Positions 40,937 to 50,161 of a stretch of DNA of 53,527 bases are shown here, one piece after another. How positions within the stretch are numbered: position 1 is the first letter of the stretch; each line of letters starts with the position of its first letter. Below the pieces are notes generated by a model. That model ran no database searches and was not told the origin of the DNA. It saw nothing but the letters and a program-made list of their open reading frames with translations. The DNA is taken from the NCBI GenBank assembly GCA_044356455.1, contig JBIKWF010000017.1:1-53527 (forward strand), given 5' to 3'. This stretch comes from Bdellovibrionota bacterium. Lineage in GTDB: Bacteria; Bdellovibrionota_C; UBA2361; JBGSMV01. A program made the position numbers and the translations under genes.

Positions 40937-41388
40937 GCCTAAGGCTTCACGTTCTCTTGCTTTGCGAATTGAAATTCACAGACGAGGTAGCCCTGCTGGT
41001 CATGACCAACGTCCCGCGATTCTGATAAGGTAGTTGGGGTGGACAAATCCGTGATACCAATATGTGGTCCGTGTAACTATTTCCTCCGAGAGTTGGGTAC
41101 ATGAGATTTTGGAAACAGAACTACAAGGTTCTTGGAGCCGCTCCAACGCTACAACTATTGAACACTCAACTATCTGATTTTCATCATAAAACTTCATAGC
41201 CAACGGGATGCCGCCCTCTGCAGCAGATGGTGATTTGCTCATGAAATCCCACATTTAATGCTTATCAATCGTTAACCGCTCTATAAAGCTGATAAATATC
41301 CCGATTCACCAATGAGCAACTCTTTGATCTTTGCCCGGGTACCCCCGCGCTACATCGAAGGTGTGCGGAGGTGTGTGGTGGTGTTTCT

Positions 41389-42666
41389 GTGGCTGTAAGT
41401 ATTGGCTCGAATATCTCGTCGTTGACCGCACAGCGTAAGCTGTCGGCTACGACGAATGATCTCAGCCGAGTCTACGAGCGGTTATCCTCCGGTCTAAGAA
41501 TCAATCGCGCCTCTGACGATGCCGCTGGACTCGCTGTAAGTTCAACTCTCAATTCAGAACAACGCGTGTTTGGTGCTGCGCTAAGAAATATAAACGATGG
41601 GATCTCCGTGATCTCGATCATGAGCGCCGCTCTCGACGGACAATCGCATATCCTGGGGCGATTGTCGGAGCTCGCTGAACAATCAGCCAATGGCAGTCTT
41701 TCCTCGGCCCAGCGCAGTACTTTGCAAGCAGAGTATGCGCAATTAGTGAAAGAGTTTGGTCGCACCGGTGACACGACTACCTTTAATGGGCTCGATCTTT
41801 TGCGTGGTAATCGAGGCAATCTGAGCGGTGGGATCAATATTCAAGCGGGTATACGCGGCGATGCAAACTCGAGGATCGGGCTCGCAGGGGTCGATCTCGC
41901 GACGCTCTCAGGGACCGTTGATGTCAGTTCGCTGACATACGACTTTAATGGCGATGGCAATCAGAATAACTTCGACTTCGATCTCTTCGCAGAAGGTGGG
42001 ACCGAAGCGGAGTTGCGAGCGGGGTTCGGTAATAACGTAGTATTTCTAGATGGAAGCCACACTGCGAGCGGCAGGAACGTGGCAGTGGTTCTGTTAAAAA
42101 GTAAAGTCGATAATACGATAGGAGTCTTCGCTATTGAACAACAAGTCGATGGAGACTACGTTGGTGATTTTTTCACCTATCTGGATGCAGCCGATTTCGA
42201 CACGATCGGTAGTGGCGCGATCTCGTACGACCCTGGTTCGGGGGTTGTTACGTCTGTAAATCCCATAACAACTTACAGCGCCGACGGCGGCAGCGCGCTG
42301 CTTACCGACTTCTCTGGATTTCTTTTCCAAGATAATTCTCAGTCGGGCTCCACCGCGATTGAGTTTACCGGGGTTGATACGGTGACGAATGCTCGAAATG
42401 CACTTGATGTGGTGAGGAATAAAATAGCTGAACTCGGTTTAATTCGTGGAACCATTGGTGCAACGGAGAGTCGATTCTTGGTCGCACTTAATCTGGTTGC
42501 TCAGGCTAAAGAAACGCGTAGGGCGGCTGAATCAAGAATTATGGATGCGGATCTCGGAGCGGATTCGGCGGAGCTTGTGAGAAAGCAGATCTTGCAGCAA
42601 TCGGGCGCTGCAATTCTAGCTCAGGCGAACCAGACCCCGACTATTGCGCTTACGCTGCTGAGGTAG
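41389..42666 (+). CDS. fliC: Flagellin
   Basis: ERLSSGLRINRASDDAAGL N-terminus; AAESRIMDAD ... ILAQANQ C-terminus. Confidence 0.93.
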   Translation: MAVSIGSNISSLTAQRKLSATTNDLSRVYERLSSGLRINRASDDAAGLAVSSTLNSEQRVFGAALRNINDGISVISIMSAALDGQSHILGRLSELAEQSANGSLSSAQRSTLQAEYAQLVKEFGRTGDTTTFNGLDLLRGNRGNLSGGINIQAGIRGDANSRIGLAGVDLATLSGTVDVSSLTYDFNGDGNQNNFDFDLFAEGGTEAELRAGFGNNVVFLDGSHTASGRNVAVVLLKSKVDNTIGVFAIEQQVDGDYVGDFFTYLDAADFDTIGSGAISYDPGSGVVTSVNPITTYSADGGSALLTDFSGFLFQDNSQSGSTAIEFTGVDTVTNARNALDVVRNKIAELGLIRGTIGATESRFLVALNLVAQAKETRRAAESRIMDADLGADSAELVRKQILQQSGAAILAQANQTPTIALTLLR

Positions 42667-42669
42667 AGA

Positions 42670-43044
42670 GGGGAATTGCAACTACTGCCAGTCTCCGATC
42701 ATTCTGCGAAAGTTGGAGTTTCTCCATGTGGAAGAAGACAAGGTGTATGCCGATAGGGCCTACGTCAATGCCGCGCGCAAAAAGTAGTACGAGACCGAAG
42801 GAGGCAAATGGCGGGTCTCTCGCAAAGCAGAACCAGGACACCCCTCTCTCTGCGTGACAAGTTATGGAGTCGCGCTCAAAGCAGAGTGCGTGCTTTTGGG
42901 GAGCACCTGGTTCACGTTCTTAAATGCCTCTGGCGTCATACTAAGGTTCGTTACCGAGGACTTTTTAAGAGCACCTATCAGCTCTTTTCGCTCTGTGCTT
43001 TGGCCAACGTTTTTCGGCTCAGGCACAAGCTTGCCGTTGCTTAA
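42670..43044 (+). pseudogene. Degenerate IS5-family transposase C-terminal remnant
   Basis: LHVEEDKVYADRAY in one frame (with a stop), then RVRAFGEHLVHVLK..TKVRYRGL..LFSLCALAN in another. Confidence 0.8.
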
Positions 43045-43118
43045 CTTTCTACCCCCAGAACGAGGTACTTTCTTAAACTTACCGCTCAAATTGCCTCACT
43101 GAAGCTTTCATCCGTAGG

Positions 43119-43185
43119 GGAATCGCTGAAAAATCCGTGAGCGGGTGCGTGCTGCGCTCAGCTCAACGGGTTTTTCAGAGATTCC
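43119..43185. mobile_element. Minimal IS5-type IR pair next to the transposase remnant
   Basis: GGAATCGCTGAAAAATCCGT ... ACGGGTTTTTCAGAGATTCC; same IR family as the MITEs. Confidence 0.65.
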
Positions 43186-43349
43186 CTATCTCGCTGCTCT
43201 CTTTGCCTTAGAATCGATAGTCCGTTGAGTTTGTAGCTTCTATGTTGGACAAAGAGGGTAGCGAGATGGGCGAGGTTCTAGACAAAAGGCCTAACGTAAT
43301 ATCCGTGGGTGAAGGGCTGTTCCCAAACTATAAAACCTACCAGCGATAC

Positions 43350-45125
43350 CTATGCCCGGAATGAGCGCCGCGGGCTAAATGGCGTGCGAGAAATCACACG
43401 TTTCCCCCGCATCACTATTGCCCTATAGCGGGCGGTGTAAGATCCGGCCTTTTGTTTCTTGAAGGCAACTTGATTGCGCTTTGACAGTTTCTTTTGTTCG
43501 TCTCTGTCTCCGCGCCGCTTAATTCTTACATCGTAAACCACGGTCTTGCGTCTTGCGCCTTCGGCCCGCGGGGAGTCTCCTTCGTTTTCTAACATTGCAA
43601 CGAGAGCCTCCTCAGGTGCCGAGAATTGCTGGACTGAGACCGTGATGGTGCGGCTATTGGGACGCCCCGAGACCACGACATCGGGAGGGACTTCAATGGT
43701 GGTGTCGGAGGTCACCGCAGGGGAGGATATGGTGATTGGGACTGTGTAGACATCCCGAGAAGAGTCCGCAATGCCCTCAGCCACAAGATTTGAGGCGGAA
43801 GAGAGAAAACTCATTACTCCGCTTGTTCCACTAAAACCCTGAGGGGCGAACGAGCCCGAAGTGCATTCGCCATTAGCTTCACTTCCGTCAAAACCTCTTC
43901 CAATCCTGGTTATGGAGCCAGTTGTCATGTCCTTAAAATACACATCGGTAATACTGCTGGTGTCGTCAGATGCTAAATTCGTAGCGAATGAGGCGAAGGT
44001 TACAAAGCGCCCATCGGGGCTAATTGAGCTGTCAAACGCAGCACCGTTCGCGACTTCGCCCGTGCTTAATTGATCCACGCGTTCGCTTGTTCCGGTAGCA
44101 ATGTCGTAGCGAACTACGATCTGAAGGTGAGAAGGATTTCCGCCCACAATATTCGAAGCATTCGTAATATAGCTCACGTAACGTCCGCTAAAGCTAATCG
44201 AAGGGAAAATACTGCCATCGTCTCCCTCGACCCCGTCAGCGCCTTTGCTGATAAGGGAAATACTCGCAGTTTGTCGGTCGTAAAGATAAATCTGCTGTGC
44301 CGAGGAAACGATTCCGGGGACAAGGTTGGTTGCGAGAGATTGAAACGCAATGTAACGACCGTCGCCGCTAATGCTCGGAGCCAGGCTCCGTCCGTTAGGC
44401 TCCGCTCCGCCAACCCCTGAGGTAATGCTTTCAAAGGTAACGGCGTTTCGTGGGTCAGTCGCTGAGCTGATTTTTGATAGATCGAAGATCGAGAGGTAAA
44501 TGTCCGCAACTCCATTGGTATCGGCAGTACGTAAGTTCGTCGCATCGGAAGGGTAGGCAACCACAAGCTGCTTCTTCGCCTCAACTAGCGCAACTGCTGG
44601 CTGTGCGCTGCGGTCATTTGCTTCAGCAAGACCTCCGGAATCGATGTCTTTCGAGAACGAGGCGAGGTAGGTCTTCCCAGTCTTTGGCAGTCGCACAAAA
44701 ATATCGGCGACATCGTTACCATCGGTAAGTCCTGTCACAAGATTCGTTGAGCTTGAAACGAACGCTACGGCAAAAGATCCGTCTGAAGCCACCGCACTGA
44801 TGGCAGGGTCTTGTGAGCCAGCATTGCCAAGCACTCCTTGGTCATCAACGCCAATTGCGGAAACCGCTCCCGAAGTGAGGTCTTTAAGAATCACGTCTCT
44901 GGAAAAGTTCGAATCCCCTGCGATCACGTCTGTGGCATTGGTGTCGTAAGCGACGTAGCCGCCATTGGCCGGTTGACGCGGAATGAAAGCAACGCCCTGG
45001 GAGAGGCCCCCGGAGGAGTTCACACTAATTTTAGTTATCGTGCCCACCGTGACAAGCGCGTAAGCGAGAGCGCTCCCCAAGAAAATAGAGGTAAGTGCGA
45101 GCGAGGTATTCACGAGTCGGGACAT
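43350..45125 (-). CDS. Secreted TolB-like/PD40 beta-propeller protein
   Basis: Signal peptide; repeated PSISGDGRYIAF.S.ATNLV / D.N...D units; basic C-terminal domain. Confidence 0.8.
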   Translation of the reverse strand: MSRLVNTSLALTSIFLGSALAYALVTVGTITKISVNSSGGLSQGVAFIPRQPANGGYVAYDTNATDVIAGDSNFSRDVILKDLTSGAVSAIGVDDQGVLGNAGSQDPAISAVASDGSFAVAFVSSSTNLVTGLTDGNDVADIFVRLPKTGKTYLASFSKDIDSGGLAEANDRSAQPAVALVEAKKQLVVAYPSDATNLRTADTNGVADIYLSIFDLSKISSATDPRNAVTFESITSGVGGAEPNGRSLAPSISGDGRYIAFQSLATNLVPGIVSSAQQIYLYDRQTASISLISKGADGVEGDDGSIFPSISFSGRYVSYITNASNIVGGNPSHLQIVVRYDIATGTSERVDQLSTGEVANGAAFDSSISPDGRFVTFASFATNLASDDTSSITDVYFKDMTTGSITRIGRGFDGSEANGECTSGSFAPQGFSGTSGVMSFLSSASNLVAEGIADSSRDVYTVPITISSPAVTSDTTIEVPPDVVVSGRPNSRTITVSVQQFSAPEEALVAMLENEGDSPRAEGARRKTVVYDVRIKRRGDRDEQKKLSKRNQVAFKKQKAGSYTARYRAIVMRGKRVISRTPFSPRRSFRA

Positions 45126-45190
45126 GAGGCCTCCGGACAGAATTACACAAGGTTAGGGGCTGCCCTTTCGGGCCTGAGCGAGAGGCTAGC

Positions 45191-45358
45191 CTAGGAGTGT
45201 GTCCCGTAGAAACATAAATCCTCATTTTGGACACAATCCGTAGGGGGGGCTGTCCCGTTGCCACCACAACATGTAGTGGTAGAATTTTTCTACGGGACAG
45301 ACTCCTAGGGGCGTGTTCCATAGAAGCAGAAATATTAGCTACGGGCACAGTCACTCAG
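45191..45358. repeat. Tandem trio of mini inverted-repeat elements separated by (C)TAG
   Basis: Units ~45195-45238, ~45244-45304 and ~45309-45354, each bounded by TGTCCCGTAG-like IRs. Confidence 0.65.
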
Positions 45359-45583
45359 ATCCTCGCTACACGAAGTGGTGGAGAGAGGGTTCTGCGGGAG
45401 AGGCTCTACGGCTCATCTTTGGTGCAATTTGTGGGCACGTCCTAAGATTTCCTAGATCGGAAAGAAAGAGGGTCGTTTTAGCTTCGCTAGAGCACATGGG
45501 GGCGCTGATTCACCACAATAGGTACAGATATCTGAGGGCAAAGATGCCTGAAGGTATATTGGTTGTTGATTGGTGGGGGTTTT

Positions 45584-46651
45584 ATGAAGTTTTTGAATCG
45601 CGCCGTAAAGGCGTCGTCCTCTCTGCGTGCGAATTCTCGCGCGTCTTCTCTAAAGATTAGTTTCTTTCCCAAAGTATCTCCTTTCCTTGCGCTTGCGCTC
45701 GTCTCGGGTGCAGCATTTTCAGCTTGCGATGCACATGCGCAGTCGATTGTAACCGACCCAGGCGCTCGTAAGGCTATAAGTAAAGTAAGCAAAAGAGTGG
45801 TCGCGCTTGAAGCAAGAGTAGCTCAAGTTGATGCACGCGCGCTTGTCCCAGGGCCTCAGGGACTGAAGGGAGACAAGGGAGACAAGGGAGACAAAGGAGA
45901 TACGGGAGCTGCTGGTGCAGTGGGCGCCCAGGGTCCAGCAGGGGCTCGTGGTGCTCAGGGCGAGCGAGGGCTTCAAGGTATTCAAGGAGTTCCTGGTGCA
46001 ATTGGCGCGCAGGGGGAGCAGGGTGCCGTGGGTCCTCAGGGTCCTGCCGGAGCCGTTGGCCCTCAAGGCTCTGCTGGTGCGATGGGCCCACAAGGTCCGA
46101 CTGGTGCGGTAGGACCGCAAGGGGCATCAGGTGCCGTAGGCCCTCAAGGTGCAGTGGGTGCTACTGGTCCGCAGGGTCCGCAAGGCCCAGTTGGAGCGGT
46201 AGGGCCCCAAGGACCTGCAGGGCGAGTTGATGCAAATCTTCATAGCGCAGCAGCGGGACAGTGCGTGACTATCGATCTGCGTGAGATGTGCTCTGGGATC
46301 ATGGGATGTAGCCTTAAGGCGCTGAGCACCGATGTTGCTGCAGTGCGGGTACTCGGCTTTGCTGGTGAGATGCGCTTTAGAACGGATGGTCAGCCCGTCA
46401 ATTCGGCGCGGGCGAGTGTGGCTGCCGCGAATGAGGCGCTTATAGGCCAGGCGGGTGATGACAATAAGACCCTTTGGTCGCCCTCCAATCTCTTCTATAT
46501 CCAGAATCATAGGTCAGGTTGCCCGAGCGGCTATGTTGCGCCGGCGCAGATCAACTCTGCTTCCGCAACAAGTCGCTATATTGACCCATTTGTGGTGACT
46601 CTAAGACCTCTTGCTGCGTGGAATGTATCCCTAAGGGTCGAGAAGAACTGA
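45584..46651 (+). CDS. Secreted collagen-like protein
   Basis: Signal-like segment, short coiled coil, 42 uninterrupted Gly-X-Y triplets (45851-46228), Cys-containing C-terminal domain. Confidence 0.85.
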   Translation: MKFLNRAVKASSSLRANSRASSLKISFFPKVSPFLALALVSGAAFSACDAHAQSIVTDPGARKAISKVSKRVVALEARVAQVDARALVPGPQGLKGDKGDKGDKGDTGAAGAVGAQGPAGARGAQGERGLQGIQGVPGAIGAQGEQGAVGPQGPAGAVGPQGSAGAMGPQGPTGAVGPQGASGAVGPQGAVGATGPQGPQGPVGAVGPQGPAGRVDANLHSAAAGQCVTIDLREMCSGIMGCSLKALSTDVAAVRVLGFAGEMRFRTDGQPVNSARASVAAANEALIGQAGDDNKTLWSPSNLFYIQNHRSGCPSGYVAPAQINSASATSRYIDPFVVTLRPLAAWNVSLRVEKN

Positions 46652-46783
46652 GACCGCTCATAAATAAAGAGCAAGAGTCTTGAGGATAATTGCTATGGGC
46701 CAGGGCGGGATTCCTCCCGCACTGGCCCGATTTTTTTGGATCGCTACGTTTAATTGGCCTCAAAGGTCTGTCATGATCGGCGC

Positions 46784-47635
46784 ATGACGAGCATGAGAGA
46801 GTTAATTATTGAAGGCGAAAAGTCGTTGCTGAGCGCTTCCTCAAGCGCCCGTCTTGATGCCGAGCTACTGCTCTGTTTAGTTATTGGATGCGAGCGCCTA
46901 GGCCTGATTGCAAGGTCAAATGAATCTGTTCCTTCGGAAGCTGAGAGCCGCTTTAGAACCCTACTTGAGCGCCGTTCTCGGGGAGAGCCAGTTGCCTACC
47001 TTCTTGGTGAGCAAGAGTTTTATGGACTTAGGTTCGAGGTGTCTCCCGCAGTTTTAATCCCGCGTCCCGAAACAGAACTCTTAGTTGAGCAGGCCTTACT
47101 CGAGTTGACGCGCCGAGATTCACGGCGGCGTGTTCTCGATCTTGGTACCGGGTCCGGATGTGTGATTGTTTCCCTTGCTTCAGAACTTGTGCGTAGAGGG
47201 CTTCGAGCCGAGCTGACTGCGGTAGATAAAAGTGCAGATGCGCTTGCCGTTGCGAAGAGGAATGCTTCGCGTCATCCCGGCGGAGATGCGATTCGCTTCC
47301 TGCAAAGTAATTGGTTCTCTTCTTTAAGCGGCGAGGTTTTTGACCTTGTCGTCGGAAATCCACCGTACGTTGAAGAGGGCAGTCTCGAAGTATCTCGCGA
47401 AGTTCATTTCGAACCCGAAGCTGCTCTTTATTCGGGACCTCAAGGAACTGATGATATCCTGCGGATTTTAGCTGAAGCGCCTCGCTACTTGGCGCCTGGT
47501 GGGGTGGTGTTGCTTGAGTGCGGCTATCGTCAGGGGCGTGTCGCGTCGGACGAGCGTTTTGCCTCCGATTTCTCGGCGCGATCCGTAATCAAGGATCTTG
47601 CGGGGAAAGATCGAGTGCTGCGATTTGAGACTTAG
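46784..47635 (+). CDS. prmC: Release factor glutamine methyltransferase
   Basis: GEPVAY, LIPRPETE, LDLGTGSG, NPPY. Confidence 0.95.
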   Translation: MTSMRELIIEGEKSLLSASSSARLDAELLLCLVIGCERLGLIARSNESVPSEAESRFRTLLERRSRGEPVAYLLGEQEFYGLRFEVSPAVLIPRPETELLVEQALLELTRRDSRRRVLDLGTGSGCVIVSLASELVRRGLRAELTAVDKSADALAVAKRNASRHPGGDAIRFLQSNWFSSLSGEVFDLVVGNPPYVEEGSLEVSREVHFEPEAALYSGPQGTDDILRILAEAPRYLAPGGVVLLECGYRQGRVASDERFASDFSARSVIKDLAGKDRVLRFET

Positions 47636-47649
47636 TGTGGCGAGTTGCA

Positions 47650-47846
47650 AATTCTCTGAAGACTTGTAGGGAAACTTTAACGCGAAGGACGCCGAGAGCG
47701 CGAAGGTAACGACTCGACCTCCTTCGCGACCCTCGTGTCCTTCGCGTTACTCGAAAGGTCTTGAATAACGCGGAGCCGTCTGCGCTGAGTACGCGGAGAA
47801 AAAGCTGGACAGAAGAAGGTAAATTTCTAGCTTTTTCAGAGGTTCC
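47650..47846. mobile_element. IS5-type MITE related (inverted) to 37915-38116
   Basis: Right end TTTTTCAGAGGTTCC at 47832-47846; internal cgctgagtacgcggag..ggacagaagaag matches the 37915 element; left end degenerate. Confidence 0.6.
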
Positions 47847-48033
47847 CCAGGTAGGGCCGTGCCGAATCACTCGCTACGGGGCACCCGTGAGAGGTTGAGA
47901 TTGCCCATGAGCGAGGTGGGTAACTAGAGGCCACGTGCTCGTGTGAGAGATCTTGCGGCACCCTGGGGACAGGGCGCCCTACCTTTGGAACTTCTGAAAA
48001 ACTCACCTCGGTGGGCGGCGGGTGAGGGTACGT

Positions 48034-48423
48034 TTAATTCACCCGAATATTCTGAATCGCCCGCATAATAATTTCATTCGTGTTCTTGAGAAGAGTCATG
48101 AACCCCTCGTAGGCCCGCGAAGCGCGCTGGTACTTAAGCTCCACTGCTTTTCTCACGCCTTCCATAGACGGGATGCGCTCAAGGAGCGACTTCCCCTCGG
48201 TCTTGGTGTCAATAAGGTCAGTGAGTCCCCGCGCTTCGAGGTACTTGTAGCGCGTCTCGGCTGTTTCCGAGGCGCCCCATTCCCCCTTCGCATAAAGTTC
48301 AAGCAAGCCATCCTCGAGGTTCGTGAGATTATTGCCAATCTGAGCGCCGGTCTGCTCATCTTGATTCGCTCTCTCAAGCTGCGTTCTGACAAAATCGGAA
48401 ATACTTCCTATGCTGCTGCTCAT
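48034..48423 (-). CDS. Small helical protein, paralogue of 48447-48734; T3SS needle/rod-like C-terminus
   Basis: IGNNL..LE; YQRASRAYEGFMTLLKNTNEIIMRAIQNIR; SD gggagg. Confidence 0.6.
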   Translation of the reverse strand: MSSSIGSISDFVRTQLERANQDEQTGAQIGNNLTNLEDGLLELYAKGEWGASETAETRYKYLEARGLTDLIDTKTEGKSLLERIPSMEGVRKAVELKYQRASRAYEGFMTLLKNTNEIIMRAIQNIRVN

Positions 48424-48446
48424 ATCGCCTCCCGCTAAAATCTAGG

Positions 48447-48734
48447 CTACCGAATTGCAAGTCCCTGAATCGCGCGCATCATCATCTCATGCGCATTTTG
48501 CATGAGGCGCTGAAACGCCTCGTAGGTGCGCATTGCTCTGCGGTACTGAATTTCAAGTTTTGCGGTTTCGCCTTCCTTGGCTTTTGGGTTGCCAAGCGCT
48601 TCCATATACTTTTCTTCAATGGAGGAGAGAGTGTTCCCAATTTTAACCCCCATCTCTTCGTCCTTGCCGGTATCACGGAGGGATTTTCCAATTCGGGAGG
48701 CGAGGTCACTGGAGCTGGTCTTTACGTTTGTCAT
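48447..48734 (-). CDS. Small helical protein, paralogue of 48034-48423; T3SS needle/rod-like C-terminus
   Basis: IGNTL..IE; YRRAMRTYEAFQRLMQNAHEMMMRAIQGL. Confidence 0.6.
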   Translation of the reverse strand: MTNVKTSSSDLASRIGKSLRDTGKDEEMGVKIGNTLSSIEEKYMEALGNPKAKEGETAKLEIQYRRAMRTYEAFQRLMQNAHEMMMRAIQGLAIR

Positions 48735-48866
48735 AAAAATCTCGAGCCTTTCGATTAAAGTTTTTGCCTTTGGCCTTTTGTTCTCGGAAAAACTCAGCGA
48801 AAGTTGCTTTGACTTGTTACAAAAGAGCGACTACCCTCCCAAGATTAGCGCTCGTGGAGAATCTAG

Positions 48867-50156
48867 GTGTCTGATTTTATTGAGATAAATGGCGGTATTC
48901 CCCTCCGGGGAACCGTTCGAATTGGCGGCGCAAAAAATGCTGCGCTCCCGATGCTTATTGCCTCTTTGCTTACGTCAGAGAGCGTAGAGTTTGAAAATGT
49001 CCCCAATCTTGAGGACGTCAATCTTACCCTTAATCTTCTCGAGCACTTCGGTGGGCGAGTCGAGTTTTTCGGGTCCCACGCCAAAGTGGCGGTACCACAG
49101 CTTGTGGCGACGGAGGCCAGTTATAGTTTGGTGAAGGCCTTGCGCGCTTCCTTCTGGGTTCTTGCTCCTGTCTTGGCCCGCGGGGGGGCCGCGCGGGTTG
49201 CTCTTCCCGGCGGAGATATTATTGGGGCTCGCCCGGTAGACATGCACCTAGCGGGACTTACGAGCATGGGGGCGGATCTCAAGCTGAAACACGGTACTGT
49301 GTTTGCCACTGCTCCCAAGGGCTTGCGGCCAGCCAAGATTTCCTTCCGCTTTCCTTCTGTGGGAGCGACGCACCAGATAATGATGGCTGCGGCGCTCACC
49401 CCGGGTACCACGACCATTCAGGGAGCGGCGAAAGAACCAGAGGTTGTGGCGCTTGCCGATCTGATTAATCAAATGGGTGGAGATATCGAAGGCGCGGGCA
49501 CAGAGACAATTGCTATCCGCGGGAAGGAGCAGCTTGGAGGTGCCCGAGTACACTTGATTGGCGATCGTGTCGAAGCTGGAACCTATCTACTTGCCGGAGC
49601 CGCGACCGGGGGAGAGGTTCGGGCAGAGGGGATCACTCCTGCCTTTTTTGGAGAGTTCCTCTCCATTCTTGACCAGATGGGAGTGCAGGTGGATAGCGGA
49701 GCTGATTGGATTTCAGTTCGAGCAAGTCAGCCACTTAAGGCGGTCGATGTTTCCACCGGGCCTTTCCCGCAGTTTGCTACGGATCTTCAGGCGCCGCTCA
49801 TGGCTGCGCTTTCTGTGGCGCGGGGAACTTCGCATATAGAAGAGAACGTTTTCGAAGGGCGTTATGGGCATGTCTCAGAACTCTGTCGAATGGGCGCCCA
49901 TATTTCGGTAAGTGAGCGCACCGCCGTAATCGAAGGTGTCGAGCGTCTGGCTGGGGCGGAAGTTGAGGGCTTTGATATTCGAGCAGCGGCTGCCCTAGTC
50001 ATCGCTGCGCTTGCGGCCGAGGGGGTGAGCTCTATTGGAGAGCCGCACCATTTGCGCCGAGGTTACGAGCGCCTTGAGCAAAAGCTTACCGGGTTAGGAG
50101 CTCGCATTCGCAATAAGACATCTGATGCAGAGGATTTCCTCTTCACGGGCTGCTAG
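48867..50156 (+). CDS. murA: UDP-N-acetylglucosamine 1-carboxyvinyltransferase
   Basis: GAKNAALP, LRAS, LPGGDIIGARP, SVGAT, TDLQAP, RGYE. Confidence 0.96.
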   Translation: MSDFIEINGGIPLRGTVRIGGAKNAALPMLIASLLTSESVEFENVPNLEDVNLTLNLLEHFGGRVEFFGSHAKVAVPQLVATEASYSLVKALRASFWVLAPVLARGGAARVALPGGDIIGARPVDMHLAGLTSMGADLKLKHGTVFATAPKGLRPAKISFRFPSVGATHQIMMAAALTPGTTTIQGAAKEPEVVALADLINQMGGDIEGAGTETIAIRGKEQLGGARVHLIGDRVEAGTYLLAGAATGGEVRAEGITPAFFGEFLSILDQMGVQVDSGADWISVRASQPLKAVDVSTGPFPQFATDLQAPLMAALSVARGTSHIEENVFEGRYGHVSELCRMGAHISVSERTAVIEGVERLAGAEVEGFDIRAAAALVIAALAAEGVSSIGEPHHLRRGYERLEQKLTGLGARIRNKTSDAEDFLFTGC

Positions 50157-50161
50157 GTGGT

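Noticed and set aside
41000..41254. 84-aa ORF between the lipoprotein and flagellin
   Set aside because: Short, with no recognisable motif; cannot be supported as a gene
41284..41307. Sigma-28 promoter for flagellin
   Set aside because: TAAA and CCGAT are present but the spacing is too short for the consensus
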